Of a stretch of 20,000 nt of DNA, positions 7,601 to 14,892 are shown in pieces (the stretch's first letter is position 1; each line of letters begins with the position of its first letter). Position numbers and translations under genes: made by a program. A model generated the notes under the pieces. It ran no database searches. It was not told the origin of the DNA and saw only the letters and a list, made by a program, of their open reading frames with translations. Source of the DNA: an uncultured virus (IMG/VR IMGVR_UViG_3300042691_003004) (taxonomy: Duplodnaviria; Heunggongvirae; Uroviricota; Caudoviricetes); the IMG/VR virus record IMGVR_UViG_3300042691_003004; one strand, 5' to 3'.

Positions 7601-10600
7601 TCCGTGGATCGCACGGCAGTCTGTGCACCGCCTAAAATGTCGCTGAGCTTGACGTTCATGTCCCCAAGATTGACGGTGGAACGTAAATCAACCAATGGGG
7701 TTAAATCGGCTAAGTCGGCGTTGGCCGTTGGGTTACTAAAATCCGCAACACTTGTAGCGGTTACAAGCTCTGCCAACGTGACGTTGTTGCCTTTTGAATC
7801 TCTGGCAACCACCGTGTCGTACTTCAACGGCGTAACACTAACGCTAGACTCATCACGCAACGCGGTAGATGCGTTGCGCAAGTTGTTAAGCATGGTAGCC
7901 GAGCTAGTCGTACCGCCTACAGCAACCGCCGTCGCAATAACCGTGTCGCCAATTGCCTTAGTGTAGTCAGCAAGTGTGGCGTTCTGAGCAAGACCGAACG
8001 ACGCCATCTTGTCAAAAGTAAGCTGCGCAATCGTCGTTGCAATCTCTGTGCCCTGCTCGATACCCATACCAGCGGCGTTTCGTTTGACAGCCGCAACAAA
8101 CGCTTCAGTGCCACCGTTCAAAGGCACCCCTTGCATGAGTTTATTCATGCCTGGGATACCGAGTTTTTCAAACGCCATCTCAAAAGAAGTCATTGCCGCT
8201 GTACGGATAGCGTTTTCGGCATCTGTAAGTTTGCGGTACTCAAACACCCCGTTTTTACGCGCTTCTTCCGCACTGGAAAATGAATTGCCTCGGCTATCGA
8301 TAACAGCGCTACCACCTTCAACCCATGAGTTGTTGGCAGTAATGGAGCCGGTGGTCAGCATTAGCGCAACGGGGCCTCCGACATAGAACGTGCCAAACGA
8401 TTCGATGAACGACGCAATACCCGCAGCTACAGGGCGCTCCATGCCCACCAGCTTTGACATCTCGGTGTCGCGTTTCTCGGCAAACAATTGCTGCATGTTG
8501 TTCACAGCGGCAGTGTCTAGTCCAAGCGCTTTACCCGCCCACTCTGCTCCCCGCGCTACAACACCACCGATATCCGTAGCTACTGCGGTAAGCCCTGCTT
8601 TGACTATTTGAGAATAGTTGGTGTAGTCCGAGGCTTTGATTTCCCCCGAGCTTGGAATAATTGACGTAGCAGTACCTTTAGCTTTGATTGCATCTGGGGC
8701 TTCTTTGAGCACCGTGGCGATGACGTTATACGTCATGCTGTCAGCGCCCTTGAGCATCTGCTGCCGCTGGGCGTCAGTAGCGTTTAGGTACGAGTTGATA
8801 AAGCCTTGATACTCAGCCTTAGTCAAATCCGCCGGGTTGATATTGTCATAGTCTTTGATGTTGTTGAGGATACGGTTGCTAACGTACTGCGTAACATCGT
8901 CTGTGACCTTGACCATTGACCCTGCATTTGCGGCAGCGGCAGCTTCTTCTTTTGTCTGGGTAGTAAACGAAGTTGTTTTACCAGTCTCGGGATTGGTCCA
9001 GTCAAACTTAGCACCGGGGCCAAGAGTTTTACGTGCCATCGAGAACGCTTCACCAAACGTAGCCGCGCCCTTGATCTTATCTTTGGTTTCAGCGTCAGAC
9101 AGAATCTTGTAAGTGTTGCCGTCTGGCCCCATGAAATACGTACGCCCCATAGCCGCAGCATTTTTTTGTGCAGCCGCAACTGATGCGTAGTTGGTGCCAT
9201 CGAACACTTCGTCCTTGGGTACAGCGGTGGGGCTAGATTTATCAACAGCAGTGCTTGTTGCCGTATTGTTCACAAGTCCTTTTGCTGCCTCGTTATTCGT
9301 GGGCAAGCCTTTGAACTGTCCTTCCTCAAGGAAGTGAGCATATACGTCGACATCGGCACCCAGCCCGTTGATCTTGCGGTATTCGTCAGCTTTGAACTCA
9401 GGGTTCATAGCCTCAACAAACGCACGGTTGCTGGTGAAGTAGATCGGATCAAGCGCAGCGGTCAGGTTATCAATAGCGTTTTTGAACCCGCTCATTGAGT
9501 TGGTGTACCCCGTAGTCAACTCATCATGGTCCGACTGTAACCCTTTTAGTTTTGTGCTGTACGCATCGAGATTGGGCCGATAAAACTCCGCGTAGTCTTT
9601 GTTCAGCGCCGTGGTGTACGCATCTGCCGTATTTTTTGCCGCTATAGCTGCATCGTAGTTAGCCTGCGTTTTATCGTTGTTGTACGTATTGATAGCAGCG
9701 TTTGCAAGGCCAGCAAGGCGGCTTTGCTCTGTGATACGAATATCGATCTGTGACTTCAGGTTGTTGTAATCATCTGCAACAGCTTCTTGGTCCGAGATAT
9801 TTTTCTCAAGAGCCTCAGATTTTTTAACGACTTCGGTGTACTTAGTTGTAGTGTTCGTTGCAGTGCTTTTGAAAGTGCCGTTGATCATCTCACCAAGCGC
9901 TTGCGAACCAGCCTTGAGCAACGCGCCTTTTACAACGCTTGAAGGTTGCCCCCCATTGATAGCTACGCTGGCCGTGTTCATCAACACGTCGGTCACAATT
10001 GCAGTCTGGGTGGGGTCGAGCTTAGCTTTAGCAGTACCGTTATCGGGGTCAACCTGCTTGATAATGTCTTTGACGATATTGGCCCCAGAAATGAGGCCCA
10101 TAATGGCAGCGTTACTTACGTTACCACCGCTTAACGCAGCACCAACCCCGCTAGAGATTGCACTTGCAGCGGCTGGGTTTGTCTTGGCAAACTCTTTGAA
10201 CCCATCAATCTGCCCAAGCGTTGCAGCCGTACCTGCGGTAACGCCACCTGTTACAAGAGCTTTGAGGGGGTCTTGCCCAGTGGCTACAGCGACGGTTGCG
10301 CTGCGTACGCCCGAAGTAACTGCGTCGGTAATGATCTTCTTGGTACCAAGCTCTGCGCCTGCTTCGGTAGCGGCTTCCCCAACAAAACTACCTGCGGCCT
10401 TACCAACGTAGCTACCAACTTGTTGTACGACGTACGCCTTGGCGGTTGCCTCCAGCACATCACCGATATCACCCCCGGCGATTGCTACATCGGCACCTTC
10501 GATTAGGGGTAGCGCCCACGAGTTGCCGGTCGCTACAGCGGCAATCTGCGCGATAGTTTTGATCGGGTCATCAAGCGCGGCCTCAATTACTCCAGATACA

Positions 10601-10710
10601 GTATTGACCACCGGGTCAATAATTTTATCGATGACGAAGGTAACCGCTTTTTTACCTAAATCTACTACATCTTCAAATGCTTCTTCTACCTTACTTACGA
10701 CCCAACTCAT
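4621..10710 (-). CDS. Giant multi-repeat putative virion/ejection protein, 2029 aa
   Basis: Uninterrupted 6.1-kb ORF with an ATGA overlap with the upstream gene. Gly/Ala/Val-rich hydrophobic N-terminus, coiled-coil segment, central Gly/Ala domain, three repeat arrays, dockerin-like insert, C-terminal YAQGG motif. Confidence 0.9.
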   Translation of the reverse strand: MSWVVSKVEEAFEDVVDLGKKAVTFVIDKIIDPVVNTVSGVIEAALDDPIKTIAQIAAVATGNSWALPLIEGADVAIAGGDIGDVLEATAKAYVVQQVGSYVGKAAGSFVGEAATEAGAELGTKKIITDAVTSGVRSATVAVATGQDPLKALVTGGVTAGTAATLGQIDGFKEFAKTNPAAASAISSGVGAALSGGNVSNAAIMGLISGANIVKDIIKQVDPDNGTAKAKLDPTQTAIVTDVLMNTASVAINGGQPSSVVKGALLKAGSQALGEMINGTFKSTATNTTTKYTEVVKKSEALEKNISDQEAVADDYNNLKSQIDIRITEQSRLAGLANAAINTYNNDKTQANYDAAIAAKNTADAYTTALNKDYAEFYRPNLDAYSTKLKGLQSDHDELTTGYTNSMSGFKNAIDNLTAALDPIYFTSNRAFVEAMNPEFKADEYRKINGLGADVDVYAHFLEEGQFKGLPTNNEAAKGLVNNTATSTAVDKSSPTAVPKDEVFDGTNYASVAAAQKNAAAMGRTYFMGPDGNTYKILSDAETKDKIKGAATFGEAFSMARKTLGPGAKFDWTNPETGKTTSFTTQTKEEAAAAANAGSMVKVTDDVTQYVSNRILNNIKDYDNINPADLTKAEYQGFINSYLNATDAQRQQMLKGADSMTYNVIATVLKEAPDAIKAKGTATSIIPSSGEIKASDYTNYSQIVKAGLTAVATDIGGVVARGAEWAGKALGLDTAAVNNMQQLFAEKRDTEMSKLVGMERPVAAGIASFIESFGTFYVGGPVALMLTTGSITANNSWVEGGSAVIDSRGNSFSSAEEARKNGVFEYRKLTDAENAIRTAAMTSFEMAFEKLGIPGMNKLMQGVPLNGGTEAFVAAVKRNAAGMGIEQGTEIATTIAQLTFDKMASFGLAQNATLADYTKAIGDTVIATAVAVGGTTSSATMLNNLRNASTALRDESSVSVTPLKYDTVVARDSKGNNVTLAELVTATSVADFSNPTANADLADLTPLVDLRSTVNLGDMNVKLSDILGGAQTAVRSTDVLSESAVAEIFRASNFVPDENTVKGFVGQLADTLTFTNINKFVDQNKLDAKEVVEIAKKEGIQLTEYQAQTYVQQGDEAALSAKLAATLDPTSTTFDEAKKFFTDRGFVPTDAEVQQFTTKLGLPTRADVDAARARFGVKRGSAKYDPKYDWNGDGTISAVDALNLLKAASGRSDVPVPATETGWTTPGPRAEEDASKAISEYINPIQVTFDEAKKYLTERGYNPTDAEVRTFVGQVNEAEQATKIAEYADKNMVSAQEVRDAYAALGLKQPTDADVQKLVGQYSQADLAAKAEANLEPARYNSVLAQIESLSQKDNLTQQDVTDAITKYMTDNPGLNATDVTNVVNEAVKGLATSKDVKDTITEATKGFATKADIDTAIANIKFPAGISKEDVSAAISKYMTDNPGLNAKDVTAAIAQYMTDNPPLNKADVSAAITEATKGFATKEDIDTAIANIKFPPGISKTDVADTIKTYMEANPGLNIDDVIEVVTNATADLTTTDDVKTAVELALEGYATSKDVAAVQKNVLDKMAEYEAAGIKRDEALDKAITDVAASVGKSKTEILGQIGAPATVDADGNPIAATGVYKALETGLASVQKNVLDKMAEYEAAGIRRDVALDKAVTDVAASVGKSKTEILEQIGTPATTDASGNVVAATGIYKTLETGLAGVQKNVLDKVAEYEAAGLKRDDALAAAVKDVSDALGLTEASILGQIGTPASVDAQGKAVPATGIYAALETSAATVQKTVLDKVAEYEAAGIKRDDALSRAIDDVSLQLGKTKTDIQSQIGTPQTIDQNGNVVPATGVYAAIGTAAQTAQKQITDLQTDLQTKYAGLSQGQKDLTDLLTKQGIDLNTAIQAVQADTAAGFKDVLSQLGTTQADLQRQIADTATAAQERTDALARANAAQTLTTQRRGGFNTLLNMLSQAQDLGGQQVTVKQADPAKIGYIYDWSSIFANPQQQKMFASPYGAYAQGGVVRDEMDDVNDELLKLLRG
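5158..6033 (-). repeat. Four tandem 219-nt (73-aa) coding repeats
   Basis: Units start at 6033, 5814, 5595 and 5376, exactly 219 nt apart. Consensus VQKNVLDKxAEYEAAGIKRDxALxxAxxDVxxxxGxxKTxIxxQIGTPATxDxxGxxxxATGxYxxLET. Confidence 0.97.
6034..6648 (-). repeat. Array of short (~15-19 aa) helical modules: YMTDNPGLN / ATKxDI / KFPxGISKxDV
   Basis: YMTDNP x3 plus YMEANP; TEATKGFATK(A/E)DIDTAIANIKFPxGISK x2; ATSKDV x2. Confidence 0.9.
6703..7596 (-). repeat. Five degenerate ~46-47-aa repeats (..E(A/V)..(F/Y)...G..PTDAEV..FVGQ..)
   Basis: LSESAVAEIFRASNFVPDENTVKGFVGQ; LDAKEVVEIAKKEGIQLTEYQAQTYVQQ; TTFDEAKKFFTDRGFVPTDAEVQQFT; VTFDEAKKYLTERGYNPTDAEVRTFVGQ; VSAQEVRDAYAALGLKQPTDADVQKLVGQ. Confidence 0.85.
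7036..7242 (-). other. Dockerin-type/EF-hand-like Ca2+-binding module inserted in a repeat unit
   Basis: 12-residue loop DWNGDGTISAVD (7114-7149) followed by the helix ALNLLKAASG and preceded by ADVDAARARFGVKRGSAKYDPKY. Confidence 0.75.
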
Positions 10711-11213
10711 TGCGCACCCCCTTGCATAGCCTGCCGTGTTTGCGCCGCGCTAGCCATACTACCTATATCGATCACTAATGAATATCTGCCTTTATCGGGG
10801 TCGTCTGACTCATCGATATCTACAAAGTCTGCACCAAAAAGTTTTTTAGCCATACGGTACGCATTACGATCGTTTATATAGGTAAACGCAATTTGTGTGC
10901 CTTTTGATTTATTTAGCCCCAAGAAAAACAACAGCATCAAAGTTTGGTACACCTCACCCAAATCAGCCGTTATGGTATGAAATTCAACTTCACTCCAATC
11001 CTCGGCAGGTGTAACCAAAATGAGTGTATTTCTAAGTCGAAAGACCGCCCCACCATTATCAACATGCGCTTTTACTGAAAGTCTTGCGACATCGAGTGGG
11101 ATTCCTTTTTTCTCGTAGTGGCGCTCCCAATCCGCTCGCACGATCTCCTCAGCCGTCAGAGTACCTTTGATGGCTGGGTTGTCTTTGTTCGATGCGTATC
11201 GCGCCAATTTCAT
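10707..11213 (-). CDS. Hypothetical protein, 168 aa; possible degenerate GNAT-like fold
   Basis: Clean ORF coupled to the giant gene by an ATGA overlap. Alternating beta/alpha pattern (TLILVT, VEFHTIT, long helix, IAFTYI, AYRMAKKLFG). The ORF is secure; the fold call is weak. Confidence 0.7.
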   Translation of the reverse strand: MKLARYASNKDNPAIKGTLTAEEIVRADWERHYEKKGIPLDVARLSVKAHVDNGGAVFRLRNTLILVTPAEDWSEVEFHTITADLGEVYQTLMLLFFLGLNKSKGTQIAFTYINDRNAYRMAKKLFGADFVDIDESDDPDKGRYSLVIDIGSMASAAQTRQAMQGGAQ

Positions 11214-11290
11214 ATCGCGCTCACAAAAGTGTCAGTGGCTGCAAATTGTATGCTGAACTGATGATTATGGATACCAGCGCAATGCGACAT
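11214..11290 (-). promoter_or_regulatory. Only sizeable intergenic gap; possible internal promoter for the ejection-protein genes
   Basis: Minus-strand -10-like hexamers TACAAT (11245-11250) and CATAAT (11264-11269). No convincing -35 at 17-nt spacing. Confidence 0.3.
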
Positions 11291-12175
11291 CTACGGAAGC
11301 GCTGACACAAACGACGCGGTGAGGATCACTGAAGGGGACGCAGGGTGTTCGGAGCCCGGAACAACGCTCGGTGGGTACGTCGCAATCACGGTGTTGCCAG
11401 AATCAGAAGTCACCATGAGTTCAATATACTGTCCGGCGAGCACATCCACAATGAGGTTCCAAGAGGTGATCATCGCGCCGGGATTAGAGCCATGCTTGGA
11501 CGGAACCGTCACCACACCAGCGGTGTTTGAAATATCTACCCCATCCTTGCGGAACCACATTACCACGTTGTCTTCAGAGGTCGTGAAGTTCAATAGCTGC
11601 GCACTAAACTGAATGTTGAAGTACCCCGGCTTGAGAAAAACCACATGGGTGTTGTTCAGTGGGTCAAGCTCCACGTCATAGCTTGCGTCAGTTACCGTGA
11701 ATGCAATAGATAGGGCCGCCGAAGGTAGGGGAACTATCTGCGCCTCAGAGATCGCTGTACCTGACAAATGCGCAGAGCTACTCGTACCCTTCGCACCGCG
11801 AGTAATTCCAGTAAACGTGGTTGCCGTTTTCCCCGTATAGAGGATGACTTCATTCTCAATGATAAGCCCCCCGGCGTTCAAAAAGCCAGCGGTTGACACC
11901 ACCGGAATCGGCGTAGTTGTGCCGTTGCCGATGTTTGCGGTCAGGGTTGTATGCCCGTCCTGATGGAATGCCCCGTGCGGGAATTTGATGATCGACCCGT
12001 CGTTGGCCCCAGACGTTTGCAACTGATTCAGCGTCGCGCTCAGGCGGTTGAAGTACAGACGCAGAATGTTGTTAAGCTGGTCCTGGTACGCACGCTCGTA
12101 CTGATTCGTGGCCACCGGCAGGGCGGGCGGAGCCACCCGGCTGAGGAGCGTTTCCGTGGTGACAATAAACGTCAT
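11291..12175 (-). CDS. Putative tail structural protein, 294 aa: N-terminal helix, inserted beta module, C1q/BclA-like C-terminal beta-sandwich
   Basis: TAATG overlap with the upstream gene. APPALP..Y...YQDQLNNILRLYFN N-terminus. C-terminal PGYFNIQFSAQL...MWFRKDGVDI...GQYIELM pattern resembles C1q/TNF-like jelly rolls. Confidence 0.7.
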   Translation of the reverse strand: MTFIVTTETLLSRVAPPALPVATNQYERAYQDQLNNILRLYFNRLSATLNQLQTSGANDGSIIKFPHGAFHQDGHTTLTANIGNGTTTPIPVVSTAGFLNAGGLIIENEVILYTGKTATTFTGITRGAKGTSSSAHLSGTAISEAQIVPLPSAALSIAFTVTDASYDVELDPLNNTHVVFLKPGYFNIQFSAQLLNFTTSEDNVVMWFRKDGVDISNTAGVVTVPSKHGSNPGAMITSWNLIVDVLAGQYIELMVTSDSGNTVIATYPPSVVPGSEHPASPSVILTASFVSALP

Positions 12176-14016
12176 TAACGTCTCCCGTCAGGACGCATGT
12201 CCAGACGTGGTGCGCCAAGTTGCCACGTCACACCCAGCGCCGTTGATTCCAGCTTGATAGACAACTGCCGCCCTCGCACCCGCGTGTAAATCTGCCCTGT
12301 GTAGGCTTCAATCGGCAACACCGCCGTGCGTACAACCTGTGCGTTGTTTGACCCAGATACCGAAGGAGGATTGGTGTACCCCGAACCTGAGTTACGTAAA
12401 GGCAGCAGGTACATGGTTGCCGATGGGTTGCTCACAACTGATCCACGGAACGTCAAATCCGGCAACACCCGCCAGATGTAGGCAAACGTGTGCCCATCAT
12501 CGAGGTCAAACTCCGAAGACGTGATGTACGCAGGGATCGGCTGCGGGGTTGACGTGGTAGCGTCGTCAACGCCAATCTCGTGATACACGAGGTTGTTTGC
12601 GTACGTTGCAGCCAAGGGGTAGTCCAGCGTACCCACATCAATCCACGCTGTACGCGCCAAGCTACCGTAGTACCAGATGTCTTCGAGGTAGTTGTACACC
12701 ACGTACAAATCGTTGTAGTTAGACCCCGCAGATGGGTAGAACCACCAAATCTCATTAAAGCCCTCATTAGTACCGCAACACACTTGGTCAAGCTGGTTTA
12801 AGTTAATGTTGCTATACACGTGGTTGCGCAAGTCACAACGTAAGGTCTGTGTGCGACCATCGTATTTATAAAATTTATCAACCCCCATCCAGAAGGCAGT
12901 ACCGCTACCATACGCAACAGCATTCTGACTAACGATAGAGATGTTTTCACCAACAAGCTGCGCACCCCAGCCTTCTTGTGCGCCGATGAACTGAAGCGAA
13001 TACAACGACGAATCAGTCCACGTCAAAATTTCTTGGCGAGCTTGTAAGGCCGTGATGATGCGCGAACCCCGCGATAACCGCAGACTGCCCGCCTGTGTAG
13101 TTGCAGAAGGAGTCCAGTTATTCGCATCCTCTTGGTCGGACCAGCGAATAAGCATCGTGTCCTGAATGACCGACGCGTAGTCATTACAACCAAACGCAAA
13201 TACGAATCGGCTTACGTCTGAGACGAGCAAGTAGTTCTGAACAATCGGTACATCGGTGCCAGTAAGCGCGGTTGCTCGAACTGCGACACCTGCGGAAGCA
13301 TCCCAGTAATAAATTTTGCCCCCACGCGGGCCAAAGATCAGGTCTTCGCCAAAGTTGGACTGACTCCATAACCGAATCTGTGTTACCGATGGGGTGCCAA
13401 TACCCCACGTACCGCTACCCCAGCCGCTAGAGCCCCAGCCACTGATAGGCGTTACGAACTCGGCACCTGGGGCGATTTCGACTTGCCCTGTGGCGGCGCT
13501 CAGGACAACCCCGCTACTGCTAGCGTTTGTGCCTGTAACGAGATAAAACTCAGTGGTACTAACGATCTCATCACATAGGAAGTTACCGTCCATGTTGATG
13601 CCGTTGATAACCCCTGCTCCGGAGATTGTCACGTACGAGCCTGCCAAGAAGTTCACAAGCGCCGTGGCTTGTACGAGCACGCGGTTGTCACCTGACACTG
13701 TGGTGAAGTCAGCAACCGTAAAGTTGTCAGCGGGGTCGTACGGAGTGATGTCGTAGTACAGCCCGTTTGTCGACAGATAGAACTTGACGTGAGTACCTAC
13801 TCCAATCAAGCTCGCCCCGCCCAAGGTCACCCAGTTCCACAAGGATCGGCATACGCCCAAAAACGTACCGCTAGAAATCCTCTGCCACCCACCGATCTTC
13901 TCAGGGGTACCTTGGCGGAATCGAACCTTGTCACACGAATACCAACCACCCTCAGTCGTATATCGCGTGTTTTCGCGGTTTACTCCCGGCTTCAGTAGGA
14001 ATTTTTTGAGCGCCAT
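12175..14016 (-). CDS. Putative tail hub/nozzle (stabilisation) protein, 613 aa, beta-rich
   Basis: KPGVNRENTRY..EGGWYSCDKVRFRQGTPEKIGGW N-terminus, IRWSDQED, FWMG..KFY.YDG and EIWWFYPS motifs. Beta-propeller-like pattern and position upstream of ejection genes are analogous to P22 gp10/T7 gp12 (inference). Confidence 0.72.
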   Translation of the reverse strand: MALKKFLLKPGVNRENTRYTTEGGWYSCDKVRFRQGTPEKIGGWQRISSGTFLGVCRSLWNWVTLGGASLIGVGTHVKFYLSTNGLYYDITPYDPADNFTVADFTTVSGDNRVLVQATALVNFLAGSYVTISGAGVINGINMDGNFLCDEIVSTTEFYLVTGTNASSSGVVLSAATGQVEIAPGAEFVTPISGWGSSGWGSGTWGIGTPSVTQIRLWSQSNFGEDLIFGPRGGKIYYWDASAGVAVRATALTGTDVPIVQNYLLVSDVSRFVFAFGCNDYASVIQDTMLIRWSDQEDANNWTPSATTQAGSLRLSRGSRIITALQARQEILTWTDSSLYSLQFIGAQEGWGAQLVGENISIVSQNAVAYGSGTAFWMGVDKFYKYDGRTQTLRCDLRNHVYSNINLNQLDQVCCGTNEGFNEIWWFYPSAGSNYNDLYVVYNYLEDIWYYGSLARTAWIDVGTLDYPLAATYANNLVYHEIGVDDATTSTPQPIPAYITSSEFDLDDGHTFAYIWRVLPDLTFRGSVVSNPSATMYLLPLRNSGSGYTNPPSVSGSNNAQVVRTAVLPIEAYTGQIYTRVRGRQLSIKLESTALGVTWQLGAPRLDMRPDGRR

Positions 14017-14025
14017 CTCGTCACC

Positions 14026-14490
14026 TTATGCGTGGAGCCCCGGCAAGTACACAGTTTTTCCGCCTTCTTTGACGGCTGTCAGGTCCTGTTTTTTCAAGTT
14101 TGCAGGGTCATACGACACATGCACCCACCCTGAATCCGGTACCCCACGAGTATAAAACTCAAGGATCAACTGTGTGTAGGATAAATTTGCCTTGATCCAC
14201 TCGGCAAGCTCGTGGTTTGGGACCCCCGGAATCTCAATGTCGGCTGCTAGCCCCCGGCAGTGATCTGACGTACGCGACCCACCCACCCGAGCGTTCACAT
14301 CTGGACTCCGATACCCAGAATTCACCTTGACCCCTTTGGCGTAGTGATCACGCACAGGCTGAAGAACCTTCTCAGCCAACAGTTGCAAGTTGTCGATGAC
14401 TTCCTGTGAGGGGGTGTTATCCATGTCATGGCGCAACGCTGTATCGCTCTTTACCATTTCCGCGAGGGTAAAGTTCTTGGTCAGGTTCAT
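14026..14490 (-). CDS. Peptidase M15A family Zn-metallopeptidase; probable endolysin
   Basis: SGYRS..VN..VGGSRTSDHCRGLAADI contains the SxHxxGxAxD Zn-binding motif; distal WVHVSY His; NFTLAEM N-terminus; adjacent to a holin. Confidence 0.92.
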   Translation of the reverse strand: MNLTKNFTLAEMVKSDTALRHDMDNTPSQEVIDNLQLLAEKVLQPVRDHYAKGVKVNSGYRSPDVNARVGGSRTSDHCRGLAADIEIPGVPNHELAEWIKANLSYTQLILEFYTRGVPDSGWVHVSYDPANLKKQDLTAVKEGGKTVYLPGLHA

Positions 14491-14891
14491 TTACGGCTCC
14501 GCATGTCTGCAAGTTTCTCAACCGTGCGCCCGCCAAAGTACGCTAAAAAGATGATCTGCCCCCACTGCCCAAGTAGCTGTACGTAGGACTCCTGCGCGTT
14601 GTACCCATATGCGCTCATCATGGTGAACAAGAAGTACGCCACAAAGATGGCGATCAATGCCATGGGGCGGATGTTTTTTGACAGCCATGAGTCCGACGCC
14701 ATGTCGGCCTTCCAACGATCTGACACGTTGTTCATCTCAGTCTTGAACAACTCAGTCTCGTTGGCCATCTTGGCCAACTCACCATCTTGAGCGAGCTTGG
14801 CTAGTTCCACTGCTGCTCGTTCTTTGGCCTCAGGGTCAGGGATGAGCTTGTCGATCAATTTACCAGCAAACGGTAGGAGGACGTTCAACAT
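14487..14891 (-). CDS. Holin, 3TM/GTA-holin-like family, 134 aa
   Basis: Start reassigned to the ATG at 14891 (GAGGAG at 14898-14903; 1 nt after the upstream TGA). GKLIDKLIPDP, DSWLSKNIRP, hydrophobic helices and YFGGRTVEK are hallmarks of this family. ATGA overlap with the endolysin. Confidence 0.88.
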   Translation of the reverse strand: MLNVLLPFAGKLIDKLIPDPEAKERAAVELAKLAQDGELAKMANETELFKTEMNNVSDRWKADMASDSWLSKNIRPMALIAIFVAYFLFTMMSAYGYNAQESYVQLLGQWGQIIFLAYFGGRTVEKLADMRSRK

Positions 14892-14892
14892 C

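Noticed and set aside
5456..10411. Long plus-strand ORFs inside the giant gene (5456..6061, 6386..6934, 7535..7966, 9836..10411 and others)
   Set aside because: Mirror frames arising from codon bias. Their repeats simply reflect those of the minus-strand protein.
14518..14715. 65-aa ORF nested in the holin as a possible o-spanin
   Set aside because: No signal peptide or lipobox before its Cys.
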